DNA of 64,000 nucleotides from Escherichia coli (GTDB lineage Bacteria; Pseudomonadota; Gammaproteobacteria; Enterobacterales; Enterobacteriaceae): NCBI RefSeq assembly GCF_030013595.1, contig NZ_CP122768.1; one strand, 5' to 3'. Shown piece by piece: positions 35,421 to 44,952 of this stretch (position 1 is its first letter; each line of letters starts with the position of its first letter). The notes under the pieces were generated by a model. It saw only the letters and a program-made list of their open reading frames with translations, ran no database searches and was not told where the DNA came from. The position numbers and the translations under genes were made by a program.

Positions 35421-36043
35421 TTTTGAATCACCGTTGTTGCACAGGAATAAATAAAAGGGAGTTTTACATATTTCTGGTCAATGGCATCTTTCAGAAAATA
35501 GCCTATGCCATCACCATACTCTGGTATCTGAATAGAAAAAACGCTGTCCGATACTGTCACACTCACATCAAAAGTGTGCTGCAACGGCGGGTCTATTCCG
35601 TTTTTTCCATGAATGAACCGCGCCACACGTCGCTTTAACCAGTCAATGCAGAAATGCGAACCGTCAGCCTTATAAAAATTCCACGTTAATATTCGTTTGA
35701 AATAATCATCAGGTACATACGATGCCTGCCCCGGAACGTAATTCCGCATTGCGGCATACGGGATCGTATTGTATTCAATGGTATCGTATGCGCCGCGTGC
35801 AATAGCCTCCTCGGAAACCTGTAGTAAAGGCCTTTCAACGCCATAAATCCCGAGTGCAATCCAGTCCAGCAATTGCCCGGTTATTGATTCCGATGTCCAG
35901 CATGGCAATGCCAGATTGTTGAGTGAATCGAGGTATTCCTGAGCAATTTCATTGTATGCATCAAAGAACGCAACAACATTCGGATCATCTCTGTACTGCA
36001 CAAATGGATAAGCAGGGAGAATTTTCTCAGTCAGATATTGCAT
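35417..36043 (-). CDS. putative baseplate/tail protein
   Basis: ORF in tail module; start moved to an internal Met to limit overlap with the upstream gene; function from position only. Confidence 0.45.
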   Translation of the reverse strand: MQYLTEKILPAYPFVQYRDDPNVVAFFDAYNEIAQEYLDSLNNLALPCWTSESITGQLLDWIALGIYGVERPLLQVSEEAIARGAYDTIEYNTIPYAAMRNYVPGQASYVPDDYFKRILTWNFYKADGSHFCIDWLKRRVARFIHGKNGIDPPLQHTFDVSVTVSDSVFSIQIPEYGDGIGYFLKDAIDQKYVKLPFIYSCATTVIQK

Positions 36044-37265
36044 ACTTGTTGACCTGAACCTGTGATGCCACCGTTGAAAAATAGGAATAGGTATCGCCAT
36101 AAACCAGGCTTGTGTCTTTTGCCGGAGGAACGATATGGCCGTTAATGCCAATGCTCACACTGATTGTTGAGATCAATGTTGCATCAACCAGCAATCTGAC
36201 GGAGCTGGTAAAAATATCCTGGATTCGCAGCAAATTTATCGGGTGACCGACTTCAATAGAATTGATGTAATCAGCAACGTTTTGTTGCACTGCCATAGCA
36301 ATACCCGCCGGATCAACATAATCATCAGACACCGTGTTCCAGGTGATTAGCACCATGACGTTTTGTGATGACGGGATAACGAACGGTACCTGATAAACGT
36401 CCGGCGAAACAGTTATTGAAACCGTGCGTTTTTCCACTGCCGCACCGGATGGATTGCTAACATCGTTGGTCAGTTTCGAAATATCCGGTACAGATTTGTA
36501 AATCGCATAAGCCACATCATACGGATCACCGCCACCAACAACCGCAACCCATTTCCCCAGCGACGACTGCCGGAAAGAAATCAGGTTTTCTCGCACACCG
36601 CTTACTGATTTGAGCATCGCTTTAAAGCAATCCGGTGTTCCCTGCACACCAAACATGCCGGACTCCATGACTTCGGCGCGGTAAGATGCCCACGTCTGCG
36701 CCTCCTGGCCGGGCATTCCTGCGGTAAGGTTCGTGCATTTTACAGGCTGGTCTTTGGGTACTGATGTGATGACCTGCGTCACGGTCCCTTCCGGTACAGC
36801 CCATGAGCCTGACGTAGTGGCCACACAGTAGACTGGCTCAGTCTGCCCGCTTTCCGGTACCACAGTATCGCGGGAAACCGCATACTGGTAGTTGCCGTCA
36901 CCGACAACAAATCCTTTAGGGATACCAAACCCCGGCAACGCCTCAAACACCACGTATACCGCCGTATTTGTACTTAATCCCTTCTGTGCTCCATAAATGT
37001 TTCCGAGTTGCATCAGTAACGGAATATTTGCGCCGTATGGGCTTACGGAGTTAATAAGGTCCACCCGCGCCTGGTCTATTAATGCCAGCGCCCCGACTGC
37101 CGTGCTGGCAAGGTCAGTAATAAGTCCCGCAGGAAGGTTGGCTGTATATCCAGGTACTTTTTCAGCAACTCTGGTGATAAGATTCGCAAGTAAGTCATTG
37201 GGTGGCGTAGGCTGCGCACCCGCACTGGTCATAGTAATTGGTATTTCTGACATAATTAATCTCAA
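36027..37265 (-). CDS. putative baseplate protein (J-like)
   Basis: 412-aa ORF directly upstream of the tail fibre genes; size and position resemble baseplate J/gp47-type proteins. Confidence 0.5.
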   Translation of the reverse strand: MRLIMSEIPITMTSAGAQPTPPNDLLANLITRVAEKVPGYTANLPAGLITDLASTAVGALALIDQARVDLINSVSPYGANIPLLMQLGNIYGAQKGLSTNTAVYVVFEALPGFGIPKGFVVGDGNYQYAVSRDTVVPESGQTEPVYCVATTSGSWAVPEGTVTQVITSVPKDQPVKCTNLTAGMPGQEAQTWASYRAEVMESGMFGVQGTPDCFKAMLKSVSGVRENLISFRQSSLGKWVAVVGGGDPYDVAYAIYKSVPDISKLTNDVSNPSGAAVEKRTVSITVSPDVYQVPFVIPSSQNVMVLITWNTVSDDYVDPAGIAMAVQQNVADYINSIEVGHPINLLRIQDIFTSSVRLLVDATLISTISVSIGINGHIVPPAKDTSLVYGDTYSYFSTVASQVQVNKYAISD

Positions 37266-37274
37266 GAGGATTTT

Positions 37275-37823
37275 ATGAAATTTAACTCATTAGGGATTTT
37301 GATTAGCTCACTGCTATTTTCTGGTGTTTCTCATGCAATTGATGCCACAGAGAGAATGAATGACATTCAACAGTTCGGTAAATGGTATTATGCTGAATTT
37401 ACCATGCCTACCACTATGGCTTATCGTATTGGTGTTGAATCCAAATTGCCGCAGGATAAATCAACTTTATTTATTGATATATCACCATTAACTCAATGTG
37501 AGCCCGGTGATGTAACTATCAATCATTTTATTGGATATAAACAAATGGATTTACCACCGTTCCTTCCTGTAAGTTATAAAATCAGCGGACAACAAAAGCA
37601 GGACTCTATAACAACCCCATCTATCAATGAGGGTTACTTGTTCAGTCCTATTAGCTCATTAAAGATTAGTGATTTGTTAAAAGCTAAAGGAAAAGGTAGT
37701 TTTTCTTTTTGGTACACTCCGCCAGCTGAAAGCAAAGAAAAACCACAAAAACTATTCTTCCCATTAGATGGCCTCCCGGAAGCATATAAAGCTGCAATCA
37801 ATTCCTGTAAAGAAAACATGTAA
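37275..37823 (+). CDS. secreted protein of unknown function (moron)
   Basis: 182-aa ORF with signal peptide MKFNSLGILISSLLFSGVSHA; AT-rich; opposite strand to the surrounding tail genes. Confidence 0.6.
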   Translation: MKFNSLGILISSLLFSGVSHAIDATERMNDIQQFGKWYYAEFTMPTTMAYRIGVESKLPQDKSTLFIDISPLTQCEPGDVTINHFIGYKQMDLPPFLPVSYKISGQQKQDSITTPSINEGYLFSPISSLKISDLLKAKGKGSFSFWYTPPAESKEKPQKLFFPLDGLPEAYKAAINSCKENM

Positions 37824-37832
37824 AATCAGGCG

Positions 37833-38306
37833 GTGATATTTATGAAATTGAAATTTTTATCCCTACTTCTTTTTGTGAGCTTTTCTTCACACTCATCTAA
37901 CATATCAAGAATAATATGTAAGCCATCTAATAGCAACGACACCGCAACCTCCGCAATCTGGCCCCAACCTTACCTTTTAAATGATAAATTATGCTTTAAT
38001 ATTAGAATTGACTCTGGAAATGCATGTGTTGCCGATGGTAAAAAAACAACGTGGTTTACTGAATCAGTAATTATAATGCAAAACAACGAATCATTAGGCC
38101 GTGATGATACTTGGTTTAGAGTCAATCGCCCAACAATTAATGACCTACGTATAGAATATACTGTCGAGGCATCTAGGGATAAAGTTAATTGGATTCCTCA
38201 ATCTCACGTAACTATTAATCGGATTTCTGGAGAAGCTATTGATTGGGCGATTTATGAACACGGCGGAACGTCTTACCAGTGCCATCTTGAGGGCAAAAAG
38301 ATATGA
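37833..38306 (+). CDS. secreted protein of unknown function (moron)
   Basis: 157-aa ORF with signal peptide (MKLKFLSLLLFVSFSSHS), four Cys; AT-rich; 10 bp downstream of the previous gene. Confidence 0.55.
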   Translation: MIFMKLKFLSLLLFVSFSSHSSNISRIICKPSNSNDTATSAIWPQPYLLNDKLCFNIRIDSGNACVADGKKTTWFTESVIIMQNNESLGRDDTWFRVNRPTINDLRIEYTVEASRDKVNWIPQSHVTINRISGEAIDWAIYEHGGTSYQCHLEGKKI

Positions 38307-38434
38307 TGCACTATCATTAAATTGACTACGGCATCCAACTCTGGCTACAATCCGAACTGAGGCGTCGAAACCTCTTACAAGCGGTACGCAACCAACCCCG
38401 TCAGTGTTGGATTTTTTATGCCTATTTTTTCAGT

Positions 38435-38453
38435 GGTTGCATCATGTGCAACC
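38435..38453. promoter_or_regulatory. palindromic candidate operator upstream of the antirepressor gene
   Basis: ggttgca-tcatg-tgcaacc perfect inverted repeat about 130 bp upstream of the ant-like start. Confidence 0.3.
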
Positions 38454-38585
38454 ACATCCCCGATCAATGTCGGGAGGGCGACGAATACAACACCCGAAAG
38501 GGGAATAAGTCCGCGGTACTTGTAGCCGTTTCGAACCTCCCGACGCCACTTTGGTTCTTCTTCGAAAAAGATACAAGAGGTCATC

Positions 38586-39149
38586 ATGACAACCCAACTG
38601 ATCCCCGTTTTCAACGGAACTATCTCAAACGAAACCATCCTTCTATGCAACGCTCGCGATCTGCATGCCTTTCTCGAAGTAGGTAAGCGCTTTGCCACTT
38701 GGATCACCGAGCGACTTAGCGAGTATGAATTCGTAGAAAATCAGGACTATGTGATTGCTTCCCAAATTCGGGAAGCAAAAGGCCGGGGAGGCCACAACCG
38801 CAAGGACTACCACCTCACCCTAGATACCGCCAAAGAGCTGGCAATGGTTGAGCGCAACGAAAAAGGCCGCCAGATCCGCCGATACTTCATCGAGTGCGAG
38901 AAGAAGCTGCGCGAAGATACCACCAGCACACAATCCCCTCTGAATGTTGACATCATCATGCGCGTCAGAAACGGCTCAGTTACCCACATTGAGCACCACA
39001 AATCAGGCTCAGTTATCACCACAGAATGGGCAATTCACTTACTACGCAAAAGTGGATGGATTGTCATGCCACGCGATGAACTTCTTAACACGCCACTGGC
39101 CCAACTGATGCCCGAAAGCTTGCCTCAAACCGGAACCTGCGTCCGGTAA
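38586..39149 (+). CDS. phage antirepressor (AntA/KilAC-type)
   Basis: 187-aa ORF; N-terminal region (...DLHAFLEVGKRFATWITERL...FVENQDYV) and central HLTLDTAKELAMVERNEKGRQIRRYFIECEKK resemble antirepressor domains. Confidence 0.65.
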   Translation: MTTQLIPVFNGTISNETILLCNARDLHAFLEVGKRFATWITERLSEYEFVENQDYVIASQIREAKGRGGHNRKDYHLTLDTAKELAMVERNEKGRQIRRYFIECEKKLREDTTSTQSPLNVDIIMRVRNGSVTHIEHHKSGSVITTEWAIHLLRKSGWIVMPRDELLNTPLAQLMPESLPQTGTCVR

Positions 39150-39472
39150 CTGGTCCCATTAAAAAACACAACATCGATGTTATAGGTGGGGTTCTCTGCC
39201 CCATCTACCTTTGAAATTGCCAGCGATGCAAAATACCCGGCAAACTGTTGCTGAACCATGTTCACATAGTAGTCCGGGTAAATCTGCTGCACGATGCACT
39301 GCTGCGCTGGAATGCCGTAATTCGCGTAAAACGGCGACTCCCCCAACCCCAGCTTTAACGTCTGAATGAGCGTCGTCAGCCAGCCGTAGGAGAAATCACC
39401 GTTGGCGTCAGATTCTACAGCAACCCATTTTTTGTTGCCGTTCGCGTCGGTGACGCGGCCCCATGTTCTCAT
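39125..39472 (-). CDS. hypothetical phage protein (possible small baseplate component)
   Basis: 115-aa ORF in tail module; no recognisable motif. Confidence 0.45.
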   Translation of the reverse strand: MRTWGRVTDANGNKKWVAVESDANGDFSYGWLTTLIQTLKLGLGESPFYANYGIPAQQCIVQQIYPDYYVNMVQQQFAGYFASLAISKVDGAENPTYNIDVVFFNGTSYRTQVPV

Positions 39473-39855
39473 GCGTCAACCTTTCAAGTAAATTAGGGTA
39501 CCGGTAGCCAGAGCGGTACAAATGATCCACGCTACTGGAGTCAGAATATGCCGAATACCCTGACATACTGCGATTATTCTCGCAGCCTTATCAGCTCCTT
39601 GTGGGGTTGTCTCAGCCTTAAGAATCAGTTCGCTATCCATTTAGAACCTTTATGATCTCTGCGATTCCCGGAAGCGATTTAGCAACTGCAAACCCTCCGA
39701 TAACTATAAGAACTGCATAAAACATTCTTCTCAGAACCGGACTTCTTTCGAGCAATTTTAGAGCTTCCACAATCCAGTCTCCTCCGCTAAAATTAATCAC
39801 GGAAGACCTCCAAACATACGTAATTATCCCTTGCCTTATTCAAGGTCAGAAACAG

Positions 39856-39890
39856 AAAGCCCCGACTGTTTGCCCAGTCGGGGCTTTCGC
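39856..39890. terminator. bidirectional rho-independent terminator inside the tail module
   Basis: agccccgactg-tttgcc-cagtcggggct perfect 11-bp stem with T-rich flank on the minus strand, directly after the 39926..40639 gene. Confidence 0.55.
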
Positions 39891-39925
39891 TTTATGGATA
39901 GAATTTAAAGTGAAATGAACCGGTA

Positions 39926-40639
39926 TTAACCCGGATTTGGTTTCTTTGACGTGATCGTGCTGTTGCCGCTTTGAACCCCAGTCACATCGTGGCTGTGACC
40001 GCTGGCGCTGACACCTTTTATCATCGCGTCGTTTTGCACAGTAAGCGGGCCAATCAGCGAAGCGGTTGTATCCTTCATCTGGGCTTTGTCCTGGACGATC
40101 GGTCCGTTGAGGTGAATTTTCCCGTTCAGGAAAATATCTTCGGCCTCGAGGTAAACAGCTTTCGACTTTTGCCTGATTTCTTCCGGTGCCACCGTTACCG
40201 AGCTACTGCCGTCCTCTGTTTTGAGGATCGCGCCATCCGGACCGTACAAAACGATCTTTTGCGGATCTTCGTCGGACCAGTCCTTGTTTGCCAGTGGCAC
40301 GAAAAACAGTGGAGTGAGCGACATCGAGTAAGAGAGCGTCGCCATACCGGTTCCCAATCCGGACACACCGCGCAGGGATACATCAGCGGCAATTGTTACT
40401 CCTCGATCGCCCGGCTGTATCGGGTAACGAATATACGGGAATGTGGCGACAGGGATTGTTATCTGCGGAAAGTTGATCCCCTCCGGCAGCATATCAAACT
40501 GAACTGTCACTATCTGCCCGCTGACACCGACAACATGGCAGGGCAATTCACGACCTTTAAGCTCGGCTTGCTGGTTACCAGAACTGGTCATCATCTCCGA
40601 CAGCGTTCGGAGAAACGGTAATTTTTGAGCGTTTGACAT
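39926..40639 (-). CDS. putative baseplate spike/hub protein
   Basis: 237-aa ORF in baseplate region of tail module; assignment from position. Confidence 0.45.
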   Translation of the reverse strand: MSNAQKLPFLRTLSEMMTSSGNQQAELKGRELPCHVVGVSGQIVTVQFDMLPEGINFPQITIPVATFPYIRYPIQPGDRGVTIAADVSLRGVSGLGTGMATLSYSMSLTPLFFVPLANKDWSDEDPQKIVLYGPDGAILKTEDGSSSVTVAPEEIRQKSKAVYLEAEDIFLNGKIHLNGPIVQDKAQMKDTTASLIGPLTVQNDAMIKGVSASGHSHDVTGVQSGNSTITSKKPNPG

Positions 40640-41646
40640 TACACCCTCGCCCAGTTCTCAGCATATGCCTCAAATACCGTCACCCAGGCATCGCCATCGG
40701 CTGTCAGATACGAACCAATGTGTCTGACCGATTTCACAAGAAATTTCCCGGTGAACGTGGTCGAATTTTTTGCGATAACGCTGGGTGCCGTTGTATTAGC
40801 CATCACAATCGACGCAGCACCTGAATATAGCCCCTCCGGCAGTTTAACCACATCACCACATCTGATATCGCCCCTCATAGGGCATTTGAAGCTGACGGTA
40901 AACGGCGCTATCCATGTCGGCTGCCCGACCAGTTCATGGGCATGAATTGTTTTTGGCTCACCCCACTTTGCCGATGCGTTATCGTAGATTCGTATTCTGT
41001 CGGAAAGAATACTGATGGCGATTCCGCTGTATTTCTCATCGCGCATCATTGCAATTGAAGCACTACGGAGGACCATAGCCAGCGAACCAATATCTTCGTA
41101 GGTTCCATTCCACGGTTCCGGCAAAACGAGGCTGTCGCTGACAGTACAATCGATCAACTTATTCGGAAATGCCTTTTGCAACGCACGGGAGATTACATCA
41201 CCAACCTTTTCCCCTTTAAGCCCCTCCCCCTCGATAGAGAACGGTTTACCATCATCTGTTTTGCGTACGGTTGGATTTATTACCAGGTTTAAGGTCTGGT
41301 TCGTGCCGATCCAGTTGGCATAGGCTAGATAAATTTCGCCATAAATAACCTCACCCTGTTGCTGTGGATTTGCCAAAGGCAATCCCTCAACAAAGCCCGC
41401 TTTCATACGGACCAGACACCCCTGCAAACTCACGCTTTGCTTCAGCATGTCGATAGGCAAACCGTATATTGTGAGCATCGTTCCTGAATTCACTACATCA
41501 AGACCCGCTACCTCCACATCAAATTCAACATGTAGCCCACACCCGGGGGTTTTACTGGTATCAAAAGGCCCGATAGGTTTACCGTTGCAATCCACTGGCG
41601 GCTTGCCTGTTTTAGGATTGATGATTTCCAGTCGGTAATAGCGCAT
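40639..41646 (-). CDS. putative tail/baseplate protein
   Basis: 335-aa ORF, start overlaps upstream stop. Confidence 0.5.
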   Translation of the reverse strand: MRYYRLEIINPKTGKPPVDCNGKPIGPFDTSKTPGCGLHVEFDVEVAGLDVVNSGTMLTIYGLPIDMLKQSVSLQGCLVRMKAGFVEGLPLANPQQQGEVIYGEIYLAYANWIGTNQTLNLVINPTVRKTDDGKPFSIEGEGLKGEKVGDVISRALQKAFPNKLIDCTVSDSLVLPEPWNGTYEDIGSLAMVLRSASIAMMRDEKYSGIAISILSDRIRIYDNASAKWGEPKTIHAHELVGQPTWIAPFTVSFKCPMRGDIRCGDVVKLPEGLYSGAASIVMANTTAPSVIAKNSTTFTGKFLVKSVRHIGSYLTADGDAWVTVFEAYAENWARV

Positions 41647-41912
41647 TACGAAACCTCAAACTGATTAGAACTTTCACGAAAAATGAGTTTCCCCGGCGAG
41701 CAAGGCAGCGCCAGATTGATGTCGTAATTGTCAGGTGACGCGATCAACGGTGTGTACACAATCACGTCGCCAGAACTGTCTTTCAGTTCCAGGTAGTAAC
41801 GATTTGCATACAGATTAAACGGAACGCGGGCGAATGTTTCATATTTTCCGATTCTGGCCGTGAACTGAAACGGACCTCGCCCGTCCGGTTTGAAAGGAAT
41901 TAACGTTGTCAT
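41646..41912 (-). CDS. hypothetical tail protein
   Basis: 88-aa ORF coupled by overlapping stop/start on both sides. Confidence 0.45.
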   Translation of the reverse strand: MTTLIPFKPDGRGPFQFTARIGKYETFARVPFNLYANRYYLELKDSSGDVIVYTPLIASPDNYDINLALPCSPGKLIFRESSNQFEVS

Positions 41913-42577
41913 AAGCCAATACCAAACTCCTGCACGACCTGGTTCTTAATACCTGACCACGATAGCGGACCGTCTGACGGCATCCCTTTATCAAATTTAT
42001 CCAGAACGCTCGCCAGCGTCTTTACTGTTTGTTCGACAGATGACAATGGTTGCTCAAATTCAATCTGCCAGGTGTGCTGCACTTGCTTGTTCTGCTCAGA
42101 GAAACCGGATGTATCGATAAACGACCGCATCAGGCAACGCGTATAGATAAACGACGGAGTCAGAACGGTGTAACAACCGCCATACTGGTTATGCATATCA
42201 AGCGCCATTTTCAGCGCCGTGAACGTCATTCCCTTCGTGGTGTAGCCACCGTCCTCCGTTGATGCCGGACGGATCATCTGCATGACTACCCGGTTAGGCT
42301 TCCTGACGGTCGCATTCGCTGCCGTTACCTGGTTATAGAAATTCAGGTTGCAGATATCCTGCTGGACCAGCGTTGTCCCGGCCATTGGCGTGAATGCCGC
42401 CATCGAGCGTGTACGAATCTCTCCATGCAGCAGACCGTTCGCGATGCTTAGTCCTTCGGTCAGAACAGCAATCGGCATCACCCCGCCAGGAATTTTCGAC
42501 GCTATGCCATCAACTAAAAGAATGGGCGATACTTCAAACGCCAGTTTGAAAGCTTGTCCAAAGTAATTAAGTGACAT
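41909..42577 (-). CDS. hypothetical tail protein
   Basis: 222-aa ORF directly downstream of the tape-measure gene. Confidence 0.5.
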   Translation of the reverse strand: MSLNYFGQAFKLAFEVSPILLVDGIASKIPGGVMPIAVLTEGLSIANGLLHGEIRTRSMAAFTPMAGTTLVQQDICNLNFYNQVTAANATVRKPNRVVMQMIRPASTEDGGYTTKGMTFTALKMALDMHNQYGGCYTVLTPSFIYTRCLMRSFIDTSGFSEQNKQVQHTWQIEFEQPLSSVEQTVKTLASVLDKFDKGMPSDGPLSWSGIKNQVVQEFGIGL

Positions 42578-42580
42578 GGT

Positions 42581-44662
42581 TTACCCCGGTATTTGTTGCA
42601 TCCCAGCCAGTTGAGCCGAAATATCCGAACCTGGTTTTTGAAGAACCTCAAGCTGAATAAGGGCTCTCCCGCCTGGATTGCTGGCAAGTACCTGCTGAGC
42701 ATTTCGTAATTTACCTTCAAGCATCGGCCTCTGCTCTCTCATAGCTGGTATCTGTGCCATGAGCTTAAGGAGATAGTCCACTGTTTCACTTTTGAGTCTC
42801 AGGGTATTATCTTTCCCTACAGCAACATTGCCTCCATTATACTGGGCCAGAACTTTTGCTATATCACCACCATAACGCTTCATGCTATCAGTAAGATATC
42901 TGGCAGCGGCATGCGTTGACTTAATTGGGTCAAAAACGTCATTTCCCTCTAATCCATAAGCTTTTGCTGTTTCTGGAATAAATTGAAATAAACCTTTCGC
43001 ACCAGCTTTGCTGATTGCATTTGGATTCCATCCTGATTCTTTTTCGGCAATTGCCGCCATCATATTCTCAGGTAATAATGATTCCCGGTTTATCTTTCTT
43101 ACGTAATCCTGCAACCCGTTTACTGTCGCCACTCCCGGAATGTCCATAGCGATTTCAGGCGTTCCCTGAACGGTATTTTTGCGCCCCAGATCGGTATCAA
43201 TACCTATCCAGCGAAGCGCATCACCAACATTTCTCTTGGTGTAGTCCCATGATGAATTTGCCGAAGCAATGATATTTTCGTGATCCTTATACGCATAAGC
43301 ACCATAAGCCATTGCCGCAGAGATCAACGGATGCCTCATCATCGCAGTTACAACTGCACTCGCAACCCCGGTGAATGCCCCACTTCCTCCGGCAATAACT
43401 GCGGCCCCAAAAAGCCAGGGATGCTCCGCCGCAAAACCTACAAATCCGCCTAGAGCCTTGGTAACCTTTGCAACGTTTCCGGCAAAGTTATTCAGGTCGT
43501 TATAAAAATCCGGGCCATTAACGTACTTACCAAGCTTATCCAGCCCCGTTTCAACATCAGTCAGAATTCTTTTAAAGTTCTCACCGTTCATGAAATTCAG
43601 GGCAGCATTCGTGACGCCATTAGAAATTCTGATTAAGGGGTATGCATTCCCGGCCAGCGCTCCCTGAAATCCGCTGGTAAGTCGGTCCCAGTTATTTTCT
43701 AAGTTACTGGTAAGATTCTGATACTGACTTGTATGTCCAGATGTGAGCAACGAGTCATTCTGAGAAGCCCGCAATAAAAACTCTTTGTTGAGTCCAGGTA
43801 TTTTGTCCTGATATTTGACTAACTGGTTAGTAAGACCAAAATTTACCCATCCAAGCCCCATTCCTCTGAAATTGCTCTGGGTAAGACCAGTTCCCTGATA
43901 TTCCTTTGCCAGCGCTGCAACCTTTTTCAGGAATACAGGCAGGTTTTCAGTCGCGTTTTTATCAGGATTTAGCCCCAGATTAAGCAGGCCGACGCGGGCA
44001 GGATGCGATATATCATTTTGTGCTGCTGCCAGTGTATTGAGCACATTGCCAACACCGGAAAAATAAGGCGAATAAGTGCTTTCTGCCGCCTTTAACTCTC
44101 CTGGCGTTGCCTGCAATTCATCAGCATTTTTCTGTTTCTCTACAACACTACGGGACATCATGCCAAAGCCGAACGGCCCGGCAACGCCCATAACCGCAAG
44201 TTTTGTCCCCCACGATACGGTGGTTTTAAACAGGTTGTTTAATCTCGAAGTGGTCGTCCGTAGCGTAGAATTGATCTGCTTGTAAGTTTTCAGCGTCTGT
44301 TTGGCGTTTTTACCCAGACTACTGAGATACTTATCAAACATCGTTTCGCCGCGACCTTTATAGTTGCTCACCAGCGAATCAGGTGTTTTTCCGCTACCGA
44401 CAAAGCGCCCTTTTTCATCCCTTAAACGTCCATCGGTGGGCGCAGGTGAAGATGGTTTCCTGGGAGCCTGATTGGCTTCTCCGCCTGTGGTTGTCTGCCG
44501 GGCGCCACCTCCCTGACCTGTATTTGAAGGCATTTTAAGCGGTGTCCCGGCAGGGCCAATCATCAGTCCGTTGCGATACTTTTCAAATATCGCCTCAAGC
44601 CGCTTGAGGTGTTCTTCATTAACGTCCAGCGTCAGAACTGGCATCTGGTTACCAGCCATCAC
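42581..44662 (-). CDS. tail tape-measure-like protein with lytic transglycosylase (SLT) domain
   Basis: 693-aa ORF; N-terminal SLT motif (AIAEKESGWNPNAISKAGAKGLFQFIPETAKAYGL); Gly/Ala-rich TM-like central segment; directly downstream of an overlapping chaperone ORF pair. Confidence 0.65.
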   Translation of the reverse strand: MMAGNQMPVLTLDVNEEHLKRLEAIFEKYRNGLMIGPAGTPLKMPSNTGQGGGARQTTTGGEANQAPRKPSSPAPTDGRLRDEKGRFVGSGKTPDSLVSNYKGRGETMFDKYLSSLGKNAKQTLKTYKQINSTLRTTTSRLNNLFKTTVSWGTKLAVMGVAGPFGFGMMSRSVVEKQKNADELQATPGELKAAESTYSPYFSGVGNVLNTLAAAQNDISHPARVGLLNLGLNPDKNATENLPVFLKKVAALAKEYQGTGLTQSNFRGMGLGWVNFGLTNQLVKYQDKIPGLNKEFLLRASQNDSLLTSGHTSQYQNLTSNLENNWDRLTSGFQGALAGNAYPLIRISNGVTNAALNFMNGENFKRILTDVETGLDKLGKYVNGPDFYNDLNNFAGNVAKVTKALGGFVGFAAEHPWLFGAAVIAGGSGAFTGVASAVVTAMMRHPLISAAMAYGAYAYKDHENIIASANSSWDYTKRNVGDALRWIGIDTDLGRKNTVQGTPEIAMDIPGVATVNGLQDYVRKINRESLLPENMMAAIAEKESGWNPNAISKAGAKGLFQFIPETAKAYGLEGNDVFDPIKSTHAAARYLTDSMKRYGGDIAKVLAQYNGGNVAVGKDNTLRLKSETVDYLLKLMAQIPAMREQRPMLEGKLRNAQQVLASNPGGRALIQLEVLQKPGSDISAQLAGMQQIPG

Positions 44663-44952
44663 AATACTCCTGCGGGATTTTTGAGTTTGAGCAGCTCACG
44701 AAACTGAGCTGCTGTTTTTACATTCAAACCGGAATCTGCACAGATGTCTCTGAATCCGGCTCCGGCTGAGTAGTCGAGGATGTCGCTGATGATGTGTTCA
44801 CCGTCGCGCCAGAACTGGCGGCAGACTTCAATGTCGGCAAGGAAGCAATCCAGTCCGTAAGATTCAAGGATGAGTATTGAGTGCTCCAGATTCCATTGAC
44901 CACATCCAGAGTCCCTTTCGCCTGCTCCGGCGAATTTATTGACGAGACGCAT
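44659..44952 (-). CDS. -1 frame ORF overlapping chaperone gene (putative frameshift extension)
   Basis: Open in the -1 frame relative to 44724..45353; its stop overlaps the tape-measure ATG (ATGA). Confidence 0.4.
   Translation of the reverse strand: MRLVNKFAGAGERDSGCGQWNLEHSILILESYGLDCFLADIEVCRQFWRDGEHIISDILDYSAGAGFRDICADSGLNVKTAAQFRELLKLKNPAGVL

Noticed and set aside
39476-39640. Possible small membrane protein on the minus strand in the tail-module gap
   Set aside because: On careful re-reading the frame hits a stop after 21 codons; my initial longer translation came from a one-base mis-transcription.
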